Below are positions 8,774 through 18,979 of a stretch of 64,000 bases of DNA, piece by piece. The first letter of the stretch is position 1. Every line of letters starts with the position of its first letter. Position numbers and translations under genes: made by a program. The stretch is taken from NCBI GenBank assembly GCA_963792965.1, contig CAWBYW010000004.1:225080-289079 (forward strand), given 5' to 3'. Source of the DNA: an uncultured delta proteobacterium (GTDB lineage Bacteria > Desulfobacterota > Zymogenia > Zymogenales > Zymogenaceae). The notes beneath the pieces were generated by a model that saw only the letters and a program-made list of their open reading frames with translations, did not search any database and was not told where the DNA came from.

Positions 8774-10344
8774 TTGAAGGAAACAGATACGTCGGATATT
8801 GAGCGCGCTATAATTCGCGGGCTTTCCGTGCTTGCCGATTCGGACACAGAGCCCTCGGACGTTGTCGAGGGTATCATCGGGGAGATTACCCGTCGAAGCG
8901 GGCGCGGCCGCAGGCGCTCTATATATCATCGATGGGGTGACCGGCGATCCGCTCAGGGTCTTTCCGGCGACCAACGGCGATCAGCCGGCAACAGCAAGCC
9001 GGAACCCGATATGGGGCGAGGTCGGAAAGAAGGTCGCCGGGAGCGGGCAGTCGTACGTGAGACCTCAGGATGGAGAAACCAGGCTCGATGATCTTCGTCC
9101 CGGTCATTATGCGCCGAAAAGTCATCGGGATTATCGAGGCCGCGCGGGAAAAAGGGCGGCCGGCCTTTTCGCCGCAGGACGTGGAGTTCCTCAAGGCCGT
9201 CGCCGTCCTGGTCTCGGTCCTCGTTGAAAATATCAGGCTTGTCAAGATGAAAGACCGCAGCGTCAGGGAGATGGCGGAGCTCATGGAAATAGCGGCGATC
9301 CTGAATTCCTCCCTCGATCCTCATGTCGTGCGGGAGAAGGCGATCACGGTGGTCACGAGGCTCCTCGAATGCGAGGTTGCCTCGCTCCTCTTGGTCAATA
9401 AGAAAACGGACGAGCTCTATTTCGAGGTGGCCCTGGGGGAGAAGGGTGACCAGGTCAAGGAGATCCGCCTTAAGATGGGGGAGGGTATCGCCGGTTGGGT
9501 CGCGCGAAACAACAGGCCCCTCCTGATCGATGATGTGAAGAGCGACCCGAGGCATTCCACGCGGGCCGACGACCGCTCGAAGTTTACCACGAGAAATATG
9601 ATCTGCGTCCCCATGGCGATCAAAGGTGATGTCACCGGGGTGCTGCAGGGCATCAACAAGCTGAACGGCGGCGCCTTCTCGAAGGCGGACCTCGATCTCC
9701 TTGGGTCTCTCTCAAACGAGGTGGCCATTGCGGTCGATAACGCCCGTCTCTATAACGAACTCAGGGAGACCTTTTATCAAACGGCCGAGGCGTTAGCGGA
9801 CGCCATCGAAAAGCGCGATCCGTACACCGGCGATCATACAAAAAGGGTGATGCATTATTCAATGGGGATCGCGCGCTACCTTCCCCTTTCGGATGAGGAA
9901 AAAGAAAACCTGATGCTCGCGGCCATCCTCCACGATGTCGGCAAAATCGGCGTTGAGGATTCGGTCCTCAGAAAGGATGCCGAGCTAAATGACGATGAGT
10001 ATCAAAAAATCATCAGGCACCCCGAAATCGGGGTTGACATCCTGGGCCATATCAGAAAACTCGAGGGCGTGATACCCGGCATGAAATCGCATCACGAGAG
10101 GTATGACGGCAACGGATATCCCGAACGACTGAAGGAGACCGACATCCCGCTCATCGCCCGGATCATCGCGGTGGCAGACACGTTCGACGCCATAACCACC
10201 AATCGCCCGTACAGAAAAGCGAAGAGTGATCGTGAGGCGATCGATGAGCTCGTGCGAAATATCGGTATCCAGTTTGACCGGGACGTGGTGGAGGCATTCA
10301 TACGCTCCTTTGAGGACGGCGGCATCATAAAGAAGATTGACTAA
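8774..10344 (+). CDS. GAF-GAF-HD-GYP phosphodiesterase (two apparent +1 frameshifts near 8900 and 9075)
   Basis: GAF motifs (GEGIAGWVA, MICVPM...GVLQGINK...FS..D..LL..L) and HD-GYP motifs (DPYTGDH, LHDVGKIG, HHERYDGNGYP, IAVADTFDA...RPYRK). The N-terminal GAF is split over the ORFs at 8774 and 8832. Confidence 0.88.
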
Positions 10345-10401
10345 ATAACCGACTTCGTATATATATGGTATAGCAGTAGAGAACGCGCGGAGGATTTTTG
10401 G

Positions 10402-11058
10402 ATGGTGGCTCAGGATATCCTGCTTCAGAAGTTCGGGCACGATTTCCCCAAGGGAACGATTCTCTTCGAGGACGGAGATACGAAGGGAAAGGAAATGTAC
10501 GTCGTCCACCGGGGGAAGGTGAAGATCTCCAAGAAAGTCGGCAATCAGGAGACGATACTGGCCTACCTCGGCCAGGGAGAGTTCTTCGGAGAGATGGCTA
10601 TCCTGAACAACAAGCCGCGCTCGGCGACGGCGGAGGTTATGGAAGACAGTAAGCTCCTCGTCATCGATCCGAAGACCTTTGAGTCAATGATAAAGAGCAA
10701 CGTCGAGGTCGCGTTCAGGATGATCAAGAAGCTGGCCGATCGCATCGAAGAGACGGACAAAAAAATAGAGCTCTTGATGATCAAGGATACGAATAGCCGC
10801 GTCGTCCACGCGCTCGAAAGCCTGATCGAATCCACCGGCAGGCAGGTGAACGGCGGCACGATGCTTCCTGTTACCGTGAATGCGCTGATTGCGAAGGCGG
10901 GGGTGTCCGCAGATCATGCCCAGGACGTTCTCGATAAGCTCATGAAGGCAAAGATCGTCACCATATCCGCCGAGGGTATCTTCATCCAGGATGTCGTTAA
11001 ACTGAGAAAATTTGTCGAGTTTCTGGTCCTCAAGGAGCAGTTCGGCGATCTGGACTAA
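10402..11058 (+). CDS. CRP/FNR-family cyclic nucleotide-binding regulator
   Basis: cNMP pocket GEFFGEMAIL...PRSATA, C-helix, degenerate C-terminal winged HTH. Confidence 0.9.
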   Translation: MVAQDILLQKFGHDFPKGTILFEDGDTKGKEMYVVHRGKVKISKKVGNQETILAYLGQGEFFGEMAILNNKPRSATAEVMEDSKLLVIDPKTFESMIKSNVEVAFRMIKKLADRIEETDKKIELLMIKDTNSRVVHALESLIESTGRQVNGGTMLPVTVNALIAKAGVSADHAQDVLDKLMKAKIVTISAEGIFIQDVVKLRKFVEFLVLKEQFGDLD

Positions 11059-11828
11059 TGCCTATGGAGATACGCGTATTAGGATGCAATGGAGGGATAC
11101 TGCCCGGCTTTTATTCGGCAAGCTTCCTGATTAACGGCAGGGTGCTTATTGATTCCGGACATGTGGCGGGCGCGCTGACGATGGAGGAGCAAAACGGGGT
11201 GAGGGATATCTTTATAACCCACTTTCACCTCGACCACACCAAGGACATCGCCTTCCTGACCGATAACGCCGTGGGAAACGGGAACCTGCCCATCAGCATA
11301 TACGGCACAAAAGACACGATATCCGATTTCAAGAGGCATTTCTTTAATAACGTGACGTGGCCGGATTTCACGTCGATCAACTCGGGAAAACAGACGATCG
11401 CCGAGCTTGTCCCCATTACGGTGGGCAAGACGAAGGTGGTCAAGGGAATCGAGGTAACCGCGTTTCCGGTCGATCACTCGGTCGACGGGGTCGGCTATCT
11501 TGTGCGGGAAGGAAAGACCGCGGTGGTCTTTTCCGGGGATACCGGACCCACCGAAAAGATGTGGGAGATCATAAATTCACAGAGCGATATCAAGGCGCTC
11601 TTCATAGAGACCTCGTTCCCCAACGAGCTGCAGACAATCGCCGATGCCTCAGGCCACTTTACCCCGCAGACGCTCGGGGCCGAGCTCGCCAAGCTCAAGA
11701 AGGGAGGATTTCCCCTCTATCTCTACCACCTCAAGCCGAAATATTATGATACCCTCGTCAATGAAATCCGCGTACTCAAAAGAAACGACCTCCATATCCT
11801 CGAAAACGGCCTTGTTCTGAACTATTAG
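11058..11828 (+). CDS. 3',5'-cyclic-nucleotide phosphodiesterase, class II / metallo-beta-lactamase fold
   Basis: IRVLGCNGG, ITHFHLDHT, HFFNNVTWPDF, FSGDTGP, IETSFP, GHFTP, YHLKP; TAATG translational coupling to the CRP gene. Confidence 0.85.
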   Translation: MPMEIRVLGCNGGILPGFYSASFLINGRVLIDSGHVAGALTMEEQNGVRDIFITHFHLDHTKDIAFLTDNAVGNGNLPISIYGTKDTISDFKRHFFNNVTWPDFTSINSGKQTIAELVPITVGKTKVVKGIEVTAFPVDHSVDGVGYLVREGKTAVVFSGDTGPTEKMWEIINSQSDIKALFIETSFPNELQTIADASGHFTPQTLGAELAKLKKGGFPLYLYHLKPKYYDTLVNEIRVLKRNDLHILENGLVLNY

Positions 11829-11836
11829 AGGGAGCC

Positions 11837-12673
11837 GTGGCGATACGAAAAAACCCGTCATCGGGCGTAAAAATAGATACCGAGAGCGCATGGGTGCGGT
11901 GTCCGGGATGTGCGCGTATTCTCTTTTCCCGGGAGGCGCAGAGAAACCTCTTCGTGTGCCCTTCGTGCAGCCACCATTTTCGGATCGGCGCGCGCCAGCG
12001 CATAGAGATCACCGTCGATCCCGACAGTTTTACCGAGCTCTTCGATAACCTCAGAACGGCCGATCCCCTCTCGTTCGTGGACAGCAAGCCCTATCCGAAG
12101 CGCATAGCTGACGCCCGTCGAAAATCCGGTGAAAACGAGGCGGTCATCGTCGGAAGGGCGCGCATCGACGGTCATCCCGTGATCATATCCGTTATGGATT
12201 TTGAGTTCATGGGTGGGAGCATGGGAAGCGTCGTGGGCGAGAAGGTGACGCGTGCCCTCGAGACGGGCCTTACGGAAAAGATTCCCGTGGTATCCTTCAC
12301 CGCGTCGGGGGGCGCCCGGATGCAGGAGGGGCTCATTTCGCTCATGCAGATGGCAAAGACGGCCGGCGCGGTCGCTCGGCTCAAAAAAGCCCGCGTTCCC
12401 TTCATTTCGGTCCTGACCGACCCAACCACCGGGGGAGTGGCCGCGAGCTTCGGGATGCTCGGCGATCTCACGATCTCCGAGCCGGGTGCGCTCATCGGTT
12501 TTGCGGGCAGGCGCGTCATCGAACAGACGACGAATCAGAAGCCCCCCAAGGATTTCCAGAAGGCCGAAGAGCTGCTCAAGCACGGCATGCTTGATATGAT
12601 CGTCGAGAGAAAACAGATGCGGGTCATGCTCGGACGGCTCCTTGACTACCTCGACCCCAATACGAAAAAATAG
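11837..12673 (+). CDS. accD: Acetyl-CoA carboxylase carboxyltransferase beta subunit
   Basis: WVRCPGC...CPSC zinc finger, FMGGSMGSVVGEK, SGGARMQEG, DPTTGGV. Confidence 0.96.
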   Translation: MAIRKNPSSGVKIDTESAWVRCPGCARILFSREAQRNLFVCPSCSHHFRIGARQRIEITVDPDSFTELFDNLRTADPLSFVDSKPYPKRIADARRKSGENEAVIVGRARIDGHPVIISVMDFEFMGGSMGSVVGEKVTRALETGLTEKIPVVSFTASGGARMQEGLISLMQMAKTAGAVARLKKARVPFISVLTDPTTGGVAASFGMLGDLTISEPGALIGFAGRRVIEQTTNQKPPKDFQKAEELLKHGMLDMIVERKQMRVMLGRLLDYLDPNTKK

Positions 12674-12845
12674 CCGCAGGCCTCTCAACGGTTCAGCGCG
12701 CGGAGCAAGGGTATGGAACGCCCTATGCGTCCGTTCGGAGACACATCGAGATCCCCCCTTGGTATACCCTCCTTTTCCTCATATAAGAGGAATAATAAGA
12801 AAAACTTGAGAATTTATCAAACCTTAACGGACGGCCGATTTCGAT

Positions 12846-14147
12846 ATGCCGCACGACCCTGACGTGGACTCATTCATCACTGCTCAGTTCTCATACCTCG
12901 AGGGACTCGCGGCCCGGGGAATCAGGAAGGACCTCGCCGGCATACGGGAAGCCCTGGAGCTCTTCCGCAATCCCGAGGCCGAGGTGCCGGTGGTGCTCGT
13001 CGGCGGCACGAACGGCAAGGGCTCGGTCGTCGCGACGGTCGGGACGATTATTAGGCATGCCGAATATTCGGTCGGGTGCTACTATTCGCCGCACGTCCTG
13101 GATGTGCGGGAAAGGATCATTACGAACGGAGAGATGATCTCACGACTGGACATGGCGCGCCTCATCGAAAAGATCAGGACGGTCGTCGAGGGCGCCGTAG
13201 AGCTGACTTATTTTGAGTTCCTGACGCTTGCCGCTTATCTCTCGTTCGCAGAGAACGGGGTCGATCTGGCCGTCATGGAGGTCGGGATGGGGGGAAGGTT
13301 TGACGCAACCAACATAGTGAGCCCCCTGGTCTCGGTCATCACGACGGTATCGCTTGACCATACGCAGTACCTCGGGAAGACCCGGCAGGCTATCGCGCGC
13401 GAGAAGGCACAGATCGTGCACCCCGGCGGCGCACTTGTGGCGGGGAGGGTGGGCAGGGGCGTACGGGAACTCTTGAAGGATCACGCGAAAGATAAGGGGG
13501 CAAAAGCCTATTTTCTCGGCGAGGATTTTTCAGGCTCGTATACTTCACGTGCGAGCGGGGGCAGAGGTCCGCGTTTTCACTACCGGGGGATGAAGGCACA
13601 ATTTCGTGATCTGACGATCGGGCTCGCCGGCGCCCACCAGGCCGACAACGCCGCGGTTTCGCTGGCGGTCATAGAGCTCCTCGGTGGCCGGGGGTACGCG
13701 ATAACGGAATCAGCGATCCGGGAGGGGCTCGCGTCGGCCCGCCTTTCCGGCAGGATGGAGGTGGTTGCGGACAATCCCGAAGTCATCGTGGACGTGGGGC
13801 ACAACCCGGCGGCGGGCAGGGTGCTGGCGCGGTGGTTGGGGACGCTCCCAAAGAAGCGAACGGCGCTCGTCGTGGGGATGATGGGGGATAAGGACGTCGG
13901 AGGTTTCCTGAAAGAGCTGGATGGGAGCGCCGACCTGATATTTCTGGCGGCGCCGCACGTCGCGCGTTCGGCTTCCCTCACGGAGCTCGAGCGCGCCGCC
14001 TCCTCTCTCTCGACCCCCGTCCGCGGGTGTGCGAGCGTGCCGGAGGCCCTGTCGCAGGCCAGCACGTTCGTCGGCAGCGAGGGCCGGGTCGCGGTTACCG
14101 GGTCGTTCTATACGGTGGGAGAGGCGATGGAGGAGATGAAGCGGTAA
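12846..14147 (+). CDS. folC: Folylpolyglutamate synthase / dihydrofolate synthase
   Basis: GTNGKGS P-loop, EVGMGGRFDATN, SLDH, DVGHNP, TGSFY; conserved accD-folC order. Confidence 0.94.
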   Translation: MPHDPDVDSFITAQFSYLEGLAARGIRKDLAGIREALELFRNPEAEVPVVLVGGTNGKGSVVATVGTIIRHAEYSVGCYYSPHVLDVRERIITNGEMISRLDMARLIEKIRTVVEGAVELTYFEFLTLAAYLSFAENGVDLAVMEVGMGGRFDATNIVSPLVSVITTVSLDHTQYLGKTRQAIAREKAQIVHPGGALVAGRVGRGVRELLKDHAKDKGAKAYFLGEDFSGSYTSRASGGRGPRFHYRGMKAQFRDLTIGLAGAHQADNAAVSLAVIELLGGRGYAITESAIREGLASARLSGRMEVVADNPEVIVDVGHNPAAGRVLARWLGTLPKKRTALVVGMMGDKDVGGFLKELDGSADLIFLAAPHVARSASLTELERAASSLSTPVRGCASVPEALSQASTFVGSEGRVAVTGSFYTVGEAMEEMKR

Positions 14148-14203
14148 AGAAGGGAAAAGAGACGTCCAAGGTCGGCTTATAGGTATATCTCACTCGCGAT
14201 AGG

Positions 14204-15325
14204 TCACGAAAAGAGCGGCTTGCCGTTGTTGCGGAACGTCGCTCCCTGGAACCGCGGTCGGCGTGAAAAGCGAGTATCCTTGAAATCTGCACCACCTTCG
14301 CCCGAGAATTGTGCCCCGATAAACTTGGGCCCGTACTTACCTGAAAAAACCGCGCGGGAGAAATCCGCCCCTCCGGGGCCGTTGAACTCGGCCCCGGAAA
14401 AGTCAGCGCATCCCCCGCCGTTAAAATGGGCATCCCTGAAGACGACCCCGCCCGCGCCGGAGAACTCCGCGAGGCGAAAGTTGACGCCGCCCCTGCCGAC
14501 AAACTGAACAAGGGAGAAATCCGTGCCGCCGCCACCGGCAAAAATAGTGCCGGTGAAAAGAGCGCCCCCCGTGCCTGCAAACTGGGCCCCGCGAAAGCGA
14601 GTGCCCCCGTCCCCGGAGAATTTCACCATGCTGAAGTCGGCACCGCGCAGGCCGGTAAAAGCGGCCTGGGAAAAATCGGCGCCTGCGCCGCAGGAGAATC
14701 GGGCAAGCGTAAAATCCGCCCCGCCCCTGCCGACGAACCGGGCGCCGGAAAAGTCCGCGCCCCCTTCGCCCGAGAAGACGGACAGATCGAACAGCGCGCC
14801 TCCCGCGGATGAGAATTGCGTGTCCCTGAACCCGATGGAGGCATTTCCGGCGAAATGGGCGCCCCTGAAGAGCGCCGGTCCCTCGCCGGCAAATACGGCG
14901 CGGCTGAAATCAGCTCCCCATCTCCCGTCGAACTGCGCCGCTGAAAAATCCGCTCCGCCGCTCCCGGTAAAATGGATCCCGGAAAAATCGGCGCTTCCGA
15001 GGAACCGCGCGTCGATGAAGCGAGCGTTTCTCAATACAATTTCTCGCATCTCCATTCGGAGCATGCCTAAGTCAAAGTCTTTCGGAAACACGAAGCCGAT
15101 GAACGTGTGGTCTTTAGATAGATAGAGTTCCTTGAAAAGCCTGTAGAAGGTGTGGGAGTGGGCGCGCTCGTCTTTATCCCACGGTCTAAAATGTTCTTTC
15201 TCGGTATGGAAGATGCAGAGGTGCCTGCCCTCCTGGTTCCGTTTCGCCCAGGGGCGGTGAGGGCAGCGATAGAGCCGCATCGTTCCTTTTACGGTATCGT
15301 GGTACTCGCGCTGGTAGTCGCACAT
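14204..15325 (-). CDS. Pentapeptide-like repeat protein with 13-residue repeats
   Basis: Likely start MCDYQREY at 15325. N-terminal C...C...CIFH motif, then 18 tandem units of the ADFSxAxFxGxGG type. Confidence 0.8.
   Translation of the reverse strand: MCDYQREYHDTVKGTMRLYRCPHRPWAKRNQEGRHLCIFHTEKEHFRPWDKDERAHSHTFYRLFKELYLSKDHTFIGFVFPKDFDLGMLRMEMREIVLRNARFIDARFLGSADFSGIHFTGSGGADFSAAQFDGRWGADFSRAVFAGEGPALFRGAHFAGNASIGFRDTQFSSAGGALFDLSVFSGEGGADFSGARFVGRGGADFTLARFSCGAGADFSQAAFTGLRGADFSMVKFSGDGGTRFRGAQFAGTGGALFTGTIFAGGGGTDFSLVQFVGRGGVNFRLAEFSGAGGVVFRDAHFNGGGCADFSGAEFNGPGGADFSRAVFSGKYGPKFIGAQFSGEGGADFKDTRFSRRPRFQGATFRNNGKPLFS
14279..14995 (-). repeat. Degenerate 39-bp coding tandem repeat (about 18 units)
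   Basis: Protein units such as ADFSGIHFTGSGG, ADFSAAQFDGRWG, ADFSRAVFAGEGP ... PKFIGAQFSGEGG. Confidence 0.85.
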
Positions 15326-15786
15326 GTGCGTGCCGAATTGTAGATAAGATGGATAAAGTATAACAAATGTAAAAGATTTGGTCAAGTACTTTGTACGCTT
15401 CCTCTCGCTCGTTTCCGCGGCCCCACGTGAGCATCGTGTCGTTGTTCCGTTTTCGTGCGTGGTGTTCCGGCGGGGTCGCTGAAATACGTTGACATTCTCG
15501 TCCGATTTTTCTATGATACTAAGATAAGCAATATACGTATACTCCCTATACCGATAATTCGAGCCATGAGACGGCGACGCACAGATGAAGGGGAGGGAGG
15601 CGTCTTCGGGTGAGGCGGCCGGAATTATTCTCCGCGGCCGTCGCACATAGCTTAGACTTTTCGGCTTTTTGCCCCTCAGCTTCTTGAGGACTTTTTTGGG
15701 TCGCCGGGCACGGCCCGAAAGGGAGAAAGCGGGCTCTCTCCCACGGGTGCGGGCAACGTGTCTCAAACTCAAGCTTCCGACTGATT

Positions 15787-16989
15787 ATGACCGAACCCAA
15801 ACACATTGTGCTGGGCGTTACGGGAGGGATCGCGGCGTATAAGGCCTGCGAATTAACGCGGCTCTTTGTCAAAGGGGGGTACTGTGTTCATGTCGTTATG
15901 ACGAAAAACGCCCAGGCCTTCGTAACCCCGCTGACCTTCTCGACGCTGTCCGGAAACCCGGTGGGCGTTGCGATGTTTGACGGCGGGGCGCCCGAGACGA
16001 TAAAACATATCAATCTCGCCGACGACGCGGACCTCGTGGTCGTCGCGCCCGCTACGGCTAATATTATCGGAAAGGTCGCCGCGGGCATCTCGGACGATTT
16101 GCTGACCACCGTTATCTGCGCCACAAAGGCCCCCGTGCTTTTTGCCCCCGCGATGAACGTCAACATGTACGAGAATCCGATCACTCAGAGCAACATCGAA
16201 AAGCTTAAGAAGCTCGGCTATCGATTCGTCGAGCCGGGCGTGGGATGGCTTGCCTGTGGATGGGAGGGCAAGGGGAGGCTGGCCGAGCCGGAAGAGATTT
16301 ATGGCGCCGCAATTTCTCTTCTCACCGAACAGGACCTCGGCGGCATGAAGATCCTCGTCACGGCGGGCCCCACCCGCGAGGCCATCGATCCCGTCCGCTT
16401 CATCTCAAACCGTTCAACCGGAAAGATGGGATACGCCGTTGCCGTCCGGGCGCGCGCACGGGGAGCCGAGGTCGTCCTTATCTCCGGGCCCTCGAGTCTT
16501 GCGCCCCCCGCGGGTGTGACGTTTGTATCGGTAGAGAGTGCGGCCGACATGGCGCGTGAGGTCAAACGTGCGTTTGACGATTCCGACGCGGTTATCAAGG
16601 CCGCGGCCGTCGCGGACCTCACGCCGAAAAATCCGAGTGACCAGAAGATAAAAAAGAATGACTCATCAGGCACGCTCGAGCTTGCCCCCACCGAGGATAT
16701 CCTGAAGGGTCTGGGCCACGACAAGGGCAACAAGATCCTCGTCGGCTTTGCCGCCGAGACACAGGATCTGTTGAAGAACGCGAAAATGAAGCTCGAAAAC
16801 AAGAACCTCGACATGATCGTCGCCAACGATGTCTCTCGGAGGGACGCCGGGTTCGCCGTCGACACGAATCTTGTGAGGATCATAGAAAAGGGCGGGAAGG
16901 AATCAGAGCTTCCACTCATGGGCAAGGAAGAGGTGGCCGACGCGATCCTCGACCGGGTAAGGGAATTATGGAAGTCGACCCACAGGTAA
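15787..16989 (+). CDS. coaBC: Phosphopantothenoylcysteine decarboxylase/ligase
   Basis: LGVTGGIAAYKA, APATAN, PAMN, LACG, TAGPTREAIDPVRFISNRSTGKMG, VGFAAET. Confidence 0.97.
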   Translation: MTEPKHIVLGVTGGIAAYKACELTRLFVKGGYCVHVVMTKNAQAFVTPLTFSTLSGNPVGVAMFDGGAPETIKHINLADDADLVVVAPATANIIGKVAAGISDDLLTTVICATKAPVLFAPAMNVNMYENPITQSNIEKLKKLGYRFVEPGVGWLACGWEGKGRLAEPEEIYGAAISLLTEQDLGGMKILVTAGPTREAIDPVRFISNRSTGKMGYAVAVRARARGAEVVLISGPSSLAPPAGVTFVSVESAADMAREVKRAFDDSDAVIKAAAVADLTPKNPSDQKIKKNDSSGTLELAPTEDILKGLGHDKGNKILVGFAAETQDLLKNAKMKLENKNLDMIVANDVSRRDAGFAVDTNLVRIIEKGGKESELPLMGKEEVADAILDRVRELWKSTHR

Positions 16990-17663
16990 GGAAGAGTATC
17001 GCCGCACTGCGGTCACACCTCGAATATCTCAAGGCGATCGGGGTCGAGTGGATTCCGAAAAGGGAACGTAGAGAGATGGTCGCTGACCATACGCTGACGC
17101 TCATGGATGTCCGACAAGAACTGGGCAAATGCGTCCGCTGCAAGCTCTCCAAGGGCAGAAAGACGATCGTCTTCGGGGAAGGAAGCCCGAACGCGGGGAT
17201 TATGTTCGTTGGAGAGGGGCCGGGCGCCGATGAAGATATCCAGGGACGTCCCTTCGTGGGCAGGGCGGGGCAGCTGTTGACGAAGATCATCGAGGCCATC
17301 GACTTCAAACGGGAAGAGGTCTATATCACCAATATCGTCAAGTGCCGTCCCCCCAACAACCGGGTTCCCGAGCCGGACGAGGTAGGCGCCTGCATCCCCT
17401 TCCTCAGGAATCAGATCGCGGTGATCCGCCCCGTCATCGTCGTCGCGTTGGGCGCCGTTGCCACCAATAATCTCCTCTCGGCCACCCTTTCGATCACGAA
17501 GGTCAGGGGCGAGTTTCGGGAGATGGGAGGGGTTCTCGTCATGCCGACGTTCCACCCATCCTACCTCCTTAGGAACCCCGGGGCCAAGCGCGAGGTCTGG
17601 GAGGACGTGAAGAAAGTCAGGGATCGCTACCGCATGATAGAAAGAGGTGAACAGGGTGCGTAG
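16968..17663 (+). CDS. Uracil-DNA glycosylase family 4 (Fe-S)
   Basis: CVRCKL, VGEGPG, GRPFVGRAGQLL, NIVKCRPP, TFHPSYLLR. Confidence 0.93.
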   Translation: MEVDPQVRKSIAALRSHLEYLKAIGVEWIPKRERREMVADHTLTLMDVRQELGKCVRCKLSKGRKTIVFGEGSPNAGIMFVGEGPGADEDIQGRPFVGRAGQLLTKIIEAIDFKREEVYITNIVKCRPPNNRVPEPDEVGACIPFLRNQIAVIRPVIVVALGAVATNNLLSATLSITKVRGEFREMGGVLVMPTFHPSYLLRNPGAKREVWEDVKKVRDRYRMIERGEQGA

Positions 17664-18960
17664 ATTCTTTATCATCATCAATCTCGGCATGTTCTTTATG
17701 GGGATCGTCTTCTGCTTTGTCCCCGCGCTTCTCGGCCAGACACCGAGGCCCGCCCCGGTCAGCGTACTGCCGCTTAAGGGGGTCATCAACCCGGTCTCCG
17801 CCGAATATCTCGTCGACGGGATCAGGGACGCCCAGAACAAGGGGTATCAAGCCGTCATCATCGAGCTGGATACTCCCGGCGGGCTTGACGAGTCGATGCG
17901 CGACATCATCCAGACGATGATCAAGGCAAAGATACCGATCATCGTCTACGTCTATCCCTCCGGTGGGAGGGCGGCGTCGGCAGGGGCGTTCATCACCATC
18001 GCCGCCGACATCGCCGCCATGAGTCCCAAGACCAATATCGGCGCCGCGTCTCCCGTCTCTATCGGCGAGCAGCTCGACGAGACCATGAAGGCAAAGGTCA
18101 CCAACGACGCCGCGGCCTATATTACGGGGCTGGCCACCAACAACAACAGGAACGCCGAGATCGCGCGGAAGATGGTCACCGATGCGCTGTCCATTCCGGC
18201 CGAGGAGGCGCTGAAGGATAACATCATCACCCTCATTGCCACCGACCGGTCCAACCTGATCGCCCAGCTGGATAATAAGACCTTCCCCACCTCAAAGGGA
18301 AACGTCACGTTTCACCTCACCGGGGCAGAGGTCGTCGAGAACCCGATGGGCTTTCGTAGCGAATTCCTCTTTATCCTCAGCAACCCCAACATCGCCTATA
18401 TCCTCATGATGCTGGGGATCATGGGGCTCTATTTTGAGCTGGCCAATCCGGGGGCCGTCCTCCCCGGGGTCCTCGGAGGAATCTGCCTCGTGCTCGCCTT
18501 CTACTCGTTCCAGACGCTCCCGGTCAACTACGCGGGGGTACTCCTCATCCTCTTTGCGGTGCTCCTGTTCATCCTCGAGATCAAGGCGACGACACACGGT
18601 TTCCTTGCCATCGGTGGGGTTATCGCCCTCTTTTTCGGTTCGATTCTGCTTATTAACACTCAGGTTGAGTTTCTCAGGATATCTATGGAAGTTATCTTGC
18701 CAACGGTCATTGGGGTCGCCCTCTTTTTCGGCCTTGTTGCGTATCTTGCGATTAAAGCATATCGGAGAAAGCCCAGCACCGGCACGGAAGGAATCGTCGG
18801 CGAGATCGGCGTCGCCAAGAGTCCGGTCAGTGCAGAGGGGGGGCGGGTCTTCATCCACGGGGAGTGGTGGGACGCGATAAGCGACGAGCCGATCCCCGAA
18901 GGGGCGAAGGTCAAGGTTGTCGCAAGCACGAACCTTGTCATCACCGTACAAAAGGTGTAA
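17647..18960 (+). CDS. nfeD: NfeD (long form; ClpP-like protease, TM and OB domains)
   Basis: LDTPGG, RAASAG, TNIGAASP, K.TND, TM bundle, C-terminal GRVFIHGEWWDA. Confidence 0.92.
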   Translation: MNRVRRFFIIINLGMFFMGIVFCFVPALLGQTPRPAPVSVLPLKGVINPVSAEYLVDGIRDAQNKGYQAVIIELDTPGGLDESMRDIIQTMIKAKIPIIVYVYPSGGRAASAGAFITIAADIAAMSPKTNIGAASPVSIGEQLDETMKAKVTNDAAAYITGLATNNNRNAEIARKMVTDALSIPAEEALKDNIITLIATDRSNLIAQLDNKTFPTSKGNVTFHLTGAEVVENPMGFRSEFLFILSNPNIAYILMMLGIMGLYFELANPGAVLPGVLGGICLVLAFYSFQTLPVNYAGVLLILFAVLLFILEIKATTHGFLAIGGVIALFFGSILLINTQVEFLRISMEVILPTVIGVALFFGLVAYLAIKAYRRKPSTGTEGIVGEIGVAKSPVSAEGGRVFIHGEWWDAISDEPIPEGAKVKVVASTNLVITVQKV

Positions 18961-18979
18961 GGGATAGGGCCGAACGGTT

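Noticed and set aside
14279-14995. 39-bp periodicity as a CRISPR array or DGR repeat
   Set aside because: Units are degenerate at the DNA level, conserved at the protein level, have no spacers, and no cas or RT gene is present.
15326-15772. N-terminal 149 aa of the 522-aa ORF
   Set aside because: Arg/Pro-rich non-protein-like sequence crossing the divergent promoter region of coaBC; the start at 15325 is more plausible.
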